Position numbers and translations under genes: made by a program. Shown in pieces: positions 59,250 through 64,000 of a stretch of DNA of 64,000 bases. Numbering within the stretch: position 1 is the stretch's first letter; the number at the start of each line of letters is the position of its first letter. Below the pieces are notes generated by a model, which worked only from the letters and a program-made list of their open reading frames with translations, had not been told where the DNA came from and searched no databases. Source of the stretch: SAR202 cluster bacterium. Its GTDB lineage: Bacteria; Chloroflexota; Dehalococcoidia; Lucifugimonadales; UBA826. The stretch is taken from assembly GCA_009392815.1 (NCBI GenBank), contig VFFS01000055.1, forward strand, positions 66-64,065, written 5' to 3'.

Positions 59250-59278
59250 ATTATAAAAAAGCTATCAAGCATGGTCAA
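59250..59278 (-). promoter_or_regulatory. Sigma70 promoter for the desulforedoxin-like pair
   Basis: TTGACC-N17-TATAAT on the minus strand. Confidence 0.7.
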
Positions 59279-59313
59279 CGACACCTCAAAACCACAATAA
59301 ATAACTCTTCATG

Positions 59314-60174
59314 TCAAAGATCCTCAATGACGGCCTGTGCCGATTCATAATCTCTTCGGCCGCCTTGAAATATCGGTGGCACCAGATAAAAATAGTTGAT
59401 ACCAATTTCGAGGTATCTATGGATCATCTCTAGTGCGATCTCGTATCCAGAATTTCCGAGGTCTAACTCTTTAGTAATATGGTCGGGAACATTAGCAAAA
59501 GAAATGCTTCCTTTTGACATAATCTGAATACCCCAAATGATCGGAATAGGCATCTCTGACATCCGCCTTTCCTGGTATTCCTGCAGAAATTTATGTGCTG
59601 CATCTGGATCGAAATTTGGTTGGGCTATCAAAAAATCGGAGCCGGAGCGAATTTTATTATCCGCCAGAGACATTTCCGAACACCATTTTCGAGATATGTC
59701 TAAGGTAGCACCGACGCAAAATTGTGTTGGGTCTGTCAGACTACGGCCCGTAAAATCGATTCGATTGTTCATTTTTCTTACGGAACGTATAAACGCCGTG
59801 GGAGTAAATCCTTCGACAGGTTTATCAGTACCACATCCAGAATTATTGAAATTATCGCCTTTCACGACTACCAAGTTCCTGAGACCCATAATGTGCGCGC
59901 CTAGCAACGTAGTTTGCATCGCGGTCTTGTTCATATCTCTAGTCACCATAGTGAATAAAGCGGGAGTTTTGATGTTGCTTTCTATCCACTGTGCGATGGA
60001 GGGAGAACTAGCTCTGACCGTCCTTCCAGGATTAGCAGCCACAAAAAACATGTCGGGAGTAACCGAGGAAAGATCACTCAAGGCTTCGGTATTTCCACTT
60101 CTAGGAGGGGATACGTCGCAAACAATAAAAGGTCTTCGTCTATTTTTGGCAACTAATTCAACCAATGTAGACAT
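59314..60174 (-). CDS. Methylenetetrahydrofolate reductase-like flavoprotein (divergent MetF)
   Basis: DVSPPR, RDMN, G.RN.VVVKGD, F.VGA, K...G.DFLIAQP.FD, PIIWGI. Confidence 0.8.
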   Translation of the reverse strand: MSTLVELVAKNRRRPFIVCDVSPPRSGNTEALSDLSSVTPDMFFVAANPGRTVRASSPSIAQWIESNIKTPALFTMVTRDMNKTAMQTTLLGAHIMGLRNLVVVKGDNFNNSGCGTDKPVEGFTPTAFIRSVRKMNNRIDFTGRSLTDPTQFCVGATLDISRKWCSEMSLADNKIRSGSDFLIAQPNFDPDAAHKFLQEYQERRMSEMPIPIIWGIQIMSKGSISFANVPDHITKELDLGNSGYEIALEMIHRYLEIGINYFYLVPPIFQGGRRDYESAQAVIEDL

Positions 60175-60304
60175 AAAGTCAGACTACCAAACTGCTCTCA
60201 ATCCGGAATTTATACTCTTCATGCAGCCGACGGGATCAAACCCAATTGAAAACAGGTTTGATCTCAACATTACATATTGCACTTAAGTATCAAAATGTGG
60301 CCGG

Positions 60305-60799
60305 TTATTTCCAGCCTAAAATACCCTCGGGATTGGGACAAAGAGAAACCCTATGTCCGGAGGTGCACTTATATCGCTCTTCCCTAATCTCTCGCCTTTT
60401 GCCAGACAAAGAAGACTGCGACATCCCTGAGCCACAGAAAGGGCAACTGACTCCAAACACTGCACGATTACGCACCCTGTAAACTTTTACATGGGTCAGG
60501 ACTTCGGTTAAAGCAGGAAACTCTCCGATATATCTCAGTACATAGCGGGTTCCCGTACCGATCACACTGTTTTTAGTTTGTTCAGGACGCTGAACTGTGT
60601 ACTCATAGTCCACATACCCGCAACTCAAACATTCGGCTTCCTCAAAGTTTACAGCTAACCGGGCAGAACATTTTGGGCAGTGACTCTTATTAGTTTTTGG
60701 CTTTCCTGATGTTCCAGGTAACCCAGGTGTTACCCTCCTCGGAACGATAGGAACTCTTGGTTTAGCCGGCGCAAATGGGTTAGAAGTCTGAACAACCAT
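60305..60799 (-). CDS. Hypothetical double zinc-ribbon protein
   Basis: CPKC-X10-CLSCG and CPFCG...CTSGH; RBS GAGGAG upstream. Confidence 0.7.
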   Translation of the reverse strand: MVVQTSNPFAPAKPRVPIVPRRVTPGLPGTSGKPKTNKSHCPKCSARLAVNFEEAECLSCGYVDYEYTVQRPEQTKNSVIGTGTRYVLRYIGEFPALTEVLTHVKVYRVRNRAVFGVSCPFCGSGMSQSSLSGKRREIREERYKCTSGHRVSLCPNPEGILGWK

Positions 60800-60829
60800 A
60801 TCTTAATTTCACTCCTCTTTCAGTCCTCA

Positions 60830-60921
60830 ACGCCACGAGCGGACGGTAGAACAACTTTTTCCCGTGATTCTGATGAGGCAGAGGGAACTGTTCATCAGGT
60901 CATCGAATTAACGTGTGGCGC
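60830..60921 (-). ncRNA. Candidate structured 5' leader RNA (unassigned)
   Basis: GCGCCAC/GUGGCGU closing stem enclosing CUGAUGA/UCAUCAG and ACGG/CCGU hairpins. Confidence 0.35.
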
Positions 60922-61219
60922 ATTTTCTTATATTTGTCAAAAAAATGTCAAGCCCTAAAGGTGGTTGTTTATATTAATTTTTCTTTTTTTAAATTTTGTA
61001 TAAAACTTTTGTTCTATTTATATAGCTAGCTAAAATAGAATCTCATATTAAACAAAAACTTTGAAGAATTTGTTAAACACCCAAATGATTTTAAAATCCT
61101 GAATACCAGTTACAATGCGGAGAGCAAGTTAAATTAAAATTTATATAAGTATAGTTTTTATATGAATTATGTAAAACTAAAAAGTGTCCCTATAGCAAAT
61201 TGTTATCAGTGAAAGTTCA

Positions 61220-61249
61220 TTGACACCTCAACGAAGCGATTGGTAATCT
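61220..61249 (+). promoter_or_regulatory. Candidate promoter for etfBA
   Basis: TTGACA-N18-TAATCT with TG extension; imperfect palindrome tcagtgaa-ag-ttcattga overlaps the -35. Confidence 0.45.
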
Positions 61250-61400
61250 CTAAGCTGATTTATCTAGATTCAATTTCAAGAATTTGCGCTTAATTAACCA
61301 ACTATGAGAACACATCCGTATGTCCATACAGAGAATTCTGCGAAACTATATGTGGCTAAAATCGTAAGTTAACTTTCCCGGTACGGAGGACCTGTTTGCA

Positions 61401-62201
61401 ATGTCCATAAATATTATTGTGTGTGCTAAGCAAGTGATGGACCCAGAAACACCTTCGTCTGCGTTCAGCGTGGATTCAGATATTAAACAAGTCACACCAG
61501 TGCAAGGCATACCCCCAGTCGTGAACGGCTTTTGTGAAAATGCTGTTGAGGCAGCGTTGCAAATCAGGGAAGCAGCTGGAGGTGGTACGGTAACTGTATT
61601 ATCTGTCGGTAACGAATTTGTTATGGATGTTATGAAGAAACCTCTCTCAATGGGTGCTGATAGTATGATCCTCATTCAAGATCAGCTTTGTGAGAACCTC
61701 GATGCTTTAGGAACGGTGAATGTACTCAGTGCCGCAATCACCCGAGCAGGAGAGTTCGATCTCATTTTGTGTGGCCAGCAAGCATCTGACTGGGATAACG
61801 CCCATGTCCCACTAGGGTTGTCAGAAACCTTGGGAATACCCTGCCTCACTGAGGCCAAAAATATTGAGATTGGTGACGACTCAGTAACTGTAAATAGCTC
61901 AAGAACGGATGGGTATGAAGTTTTCGAGGCCAACTTACCAGCCTTGATCACCGTTAATAATGAAATTGGTGAGCCTCGGTATCCAACCCTTCGGGGAATT
62001 ATGCAAGCAAGCAGAAAAACCCCAGAAATTTTGTCACTTTCGGACCTTGGGTTATCAGAAGATCAGATGGCCCCAGCAATGGCGCTCTCGGACCTTTATA
62101 TTCCAGTCAGTGAAGCACAATGTGAAATCATTGAGGGTGAAGACGACGCAGATTCCGGAAGGTTGCTAGCACTAAAACTTCGAGAAGCCAAAATAATATA
62201 A
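61401..62201 (+). CDS. etfB: Electron transfer flavoprotein beta subunit
   Basis: IIVCAKQV.DP, NAVE.AL, MGAD, DLILCGQQASD, LPALITV....EPRYP. Confidence 0.95.
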   Translation: MSINIIVCAKQVMDPETPSSAFSVDSDIKQVTPVQGIPPVVNGFCENAVEAALQIREAAGGGTVTVLSVGNEFVMDVMKKPLSMGADSMILIQDQLCENLDALGTVNVLSAAITRAGEFDLILCGQQASDWDNAHVPLGLSETLGIPCLTEAKNIEIGDDSVTVNSSRTDGYEVFEANLPALITVNNEIGEPRYPTLRGIMQASRKTPEILSLSDLGLSEDQMAPAMALSDLYIPVSEAQCEIIEGEDDADSGRLLALKLREAKII

Positions 62202-62280
62202 GCTCCCTTAATCTGAATTTATTAAATGGTATAGACACCAAAAATCACTAACTCGTGAAAGTAAAAACAGGAACAATAAT

Positions 62281-63273
62281 ATGTCTGAAATTCTGGTTCT
62301 AGCGGAGATAGAAAATGGAACACTACACTCGACAGCAGGAGAGCTACTAGCAGCAGCAAGAAAACTCGCCGCCGAACTAAACCTAGATGTTTCAGCAGCT
62401 TTATTTGGAGAAATAACAGAGGATATTACTGGAGAAGTCGTCGCATTAGGGGCTGATAATGTCTATACCGCTTCCCACCCAAAACTCGCCTCCAATGTAG
62501 CTGACGCCCACGTGGCAGCCCTTGAACAAATATGTCAGCAGGCGTCACCTACAGCTGTGCTAACAGCGAAAACACCTTTGGGTCGCGTAGTTGGACCAAG
62601 ATTGGCTTACCGAATGGGTGTTGGAGTTGCCCAGGACTGTATGAACGTCACAGGTGAAAAGATATCGGGGAAAATAACGGTTACAAGACCCGTGTACGGA
62701 GGGAATGCAATGGCGGCATTCACTTTCACAGATAAGAACCCACAATTCATTGTCGTAAGAGTTAAGGCTTTTGAGGCTCTGGAGAGAGATGATAGTAGGG
62801 TTGGGCGAATAGTTGAGCTGGATATGGACATCGCTGATGATCAAATCAAGGTTAAATTGATAGAAACAGTCAAAGAAGAATCAGAGGGCGTAAAACTAGA
62901 AGACGCGTCAGTTATTGTAAGCGGAGGGCGTGGGCTTGGTGGTCCGGAGCCATTTTCGCAACTAGAAGAGCTAGCTAAGATGTTCAATGGTGCCGTTGGC
63001 GCCTCACGGGCGGTATGTGACGCCGGTTGGCTTGATCACTCCTACCAGGTTGGTCTTACAGGAAAAACAGTTAGTCCAGATCTGTATATAACAGTCGGAA
63101 TATCTGGTGCTAGCCAGCATATGGCAGGGTGCTCATCATCAAAAAGTATTGTGGCTATTAATAAAGATAGTGAAGCAAACATATTCAAAGAAGCTTCGTT
63201 TGGGGTTGTAGGGGATTGGGAGAAAGTACTCCCTTCATTCACGGCAACGGTGCAAGAACTACTTAGTTCGTAA
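62281..63273 (+). CDS. etfA: Electron transfer flavoprotein alpha subunit
   Basis: RPVYGG, VSGGRGLG, VGASRAV.D.GW, QVGLTGKTV.P.LY...GISGASQH.AG, AINKD..ANIF. Confidence 0.96.
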   Translation: MSEILVLAEIENGTLHSTAGELLAAARKLAAELNLDVSAALFGEITEDITGEVVALGADNVYTASHPKLASNVADAHVAALEQICQQASPTAVLTAKTPLGRVVGPRLAYRMGVGVAQDCMNVTGEKISGKITVTRPVYGGNAMAAFTFTDKNPQFIVVRVKAFEALERDDSRVGRIVELDMDIADDQIKVKLIETVKEESEGVKLEDASVIVSGGRGLGGPEPFSQLEELAKMFNGAVGASRAVCDAGWLDHSYQVGLTGKTVSPDLYITVGISGASQHMAGCSSSKSIVAINKDSEANIFKEASFGVVGDWEKVLPSFTATVQELLSS

Positions 63274-63363
63274 ATCACCTTCTGGCAAAATTTATGACAC
63301 ATTCACCAAATACACATTAAAACAAGAAATTCGGAGATTGACTCAGACTCATATCGTTACTCT

Positions 63364-63846
63364 GTGAAAATTCAAGAAGATAGTGGGAAACATATTGAAA
63401 TGATGGGCAATCATTTTTTTGATGAATTAGAAGAAGTAAAGGAGAGCATACTAGAGGCAGATGTTCTGTCGCTATTCTTTCCATATTTTGGCAAGGCAAT
63501 TCTTCTAGATACGAGAAGTAATGAAACTAACGGACCAACCATATTACTAACTAAAATGGTTAGAAACCCTCAAGAACGAATCAGAAGCCTAGAACAGCTC
63601 AGACCCGGATTTCCAGACGTAGATAAAATGATTCTCATACCTTGGGTGCGATACATTTCGACTCTTATAGAAAGTGGAGTTTGGGCTTCAATAGTGACTC
63701 GCTTGGAGCAAACCACCTTCATAGATCCAGAAAAATCTACTGACTCACTACTTTTGGAGCTCAAGGAAATGGAACGTATCGAGTTAATTTCTGCGATAAG
63801 GGGCCCAAAATATGAAACTATCTGGTCTCTACGTAAAGATATATAG
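63364..63846 (+). CDS. Conserved-looking hypothetical protein
   Basis: 160-aa open frame with protein-like composition (SLFFP...A.LLD.R, ER.RSL..LRP.F, IPW) filling the space after etfA; function unknown. Confidence 0.6.
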   Translation: MKIQEDSGKHIEMMGNHFFDELEEVKESILEADVLSLFFPYFGKAILLDTRSNETNGPTILLTKMVRNPQERIRSLEQLRPGFPDVDKMILIPWVRYISTLIESGVWASIVTRLEQTTFIDPEKSTDSLLLELKEMERIELISAIRGPKYETIWSLRKDI

Positions 63847-63905
63847 CGCCCTAGATTTTATATCGCAAACTCCCCTTCGAATCATTTGACGGACAGTAAT
63901 CCACA

Positions 63906-64000
63906 TCAGAAACGTTTTACCAACCAAGTGTATTCATCTGCACCACTTCGAATGGGATTGAGATAAAATTGACCAACTAATTTCTTATTTGGAGGCCTAT
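63906..64000 (-). CDS. Possible 3' end of a gene entering from beyond the window
   Basis: Minus frame open from the window edge: ...RPPNKKLVGQFYLNPIRSGADEYTWLVKRF*. Confidence 0.3.
   Translation of the reverse strand, partial: RPPNKKLVGQFYLNPIRSGADEYTWLVKRF

Noticed and set aside
59537-60286. 249-aa plus-strand ORF
   Set aside because: Antisense to the metF-like gene; no recognisable motifs
60870-60898. CUGAUGA on both strands suggesting a hammerhead ribozyme
   Set aside because: The CUGAUGA is itself base-paired in a hairpin, and no GAAA follows stem II
61002-61015. AAAAC-TTTT-GTTCT possible second LexA box
   Set aside because: Mismatch in the core GAAC and located in very AT-rich DNA, so likely chance
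1-64000. CRISPR array, integrase, transposase or prophage
   Set aside because: No regularly spaced repeats or mobile-element proteins seen; the genes are housekeeping or metabolic throughout

Overview
A gene-dense bacterial chromosome segment, roughly 40% GC by eye, with no CRISPR array, integrase or transposase. Gene content points to a Chloroflexota/Dehalococcoidia genome, most likely the marine SAR202 type (inference). The evidence is an 11-subunit complex I-like nuo operon without nuoEFG, luciferase-like (LLM) and mandelate-racemase-family enzymes, a PAC2 protein, P/T-linker lipoproteins and an AGAAC-N4-GTTCT LexA box. Main blocks in order: a Na+-decarboxylase BCCP/beta/gamma cluster without the carboxyltransferase; sufBCD-sufU-rrf2-sufS-sufU with an IscR-like operator; prenyl synthase/phosphorylase-like/yjbQ; nuoABCDHIJK-x-LMN; metabolic enzymes; glmU; a collagen-like lipoprotein; tRNA-Arg(CCG); a peptide ABC transporter; prfB with its +1 frameshift; priA, rplS, tat genes, rlmD, lipA, a metF-like gene and etfBA. 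The most notable items missed or unexplained by the ORF track are: (1) two tandem 38- and 47-aa desulforedoxin-like CxxC-X15-CC microproteins with their own promoter; (2) an 88-aa SH3-like orphan with a LexA box inside a consensus promoter and a possible beta-clamp motif; (3) a small DUF2007/PII-like gene inside the nuo operon; (4) two structured 5' leaders. All protein calls are from motif recognition by eye; no database search was run.
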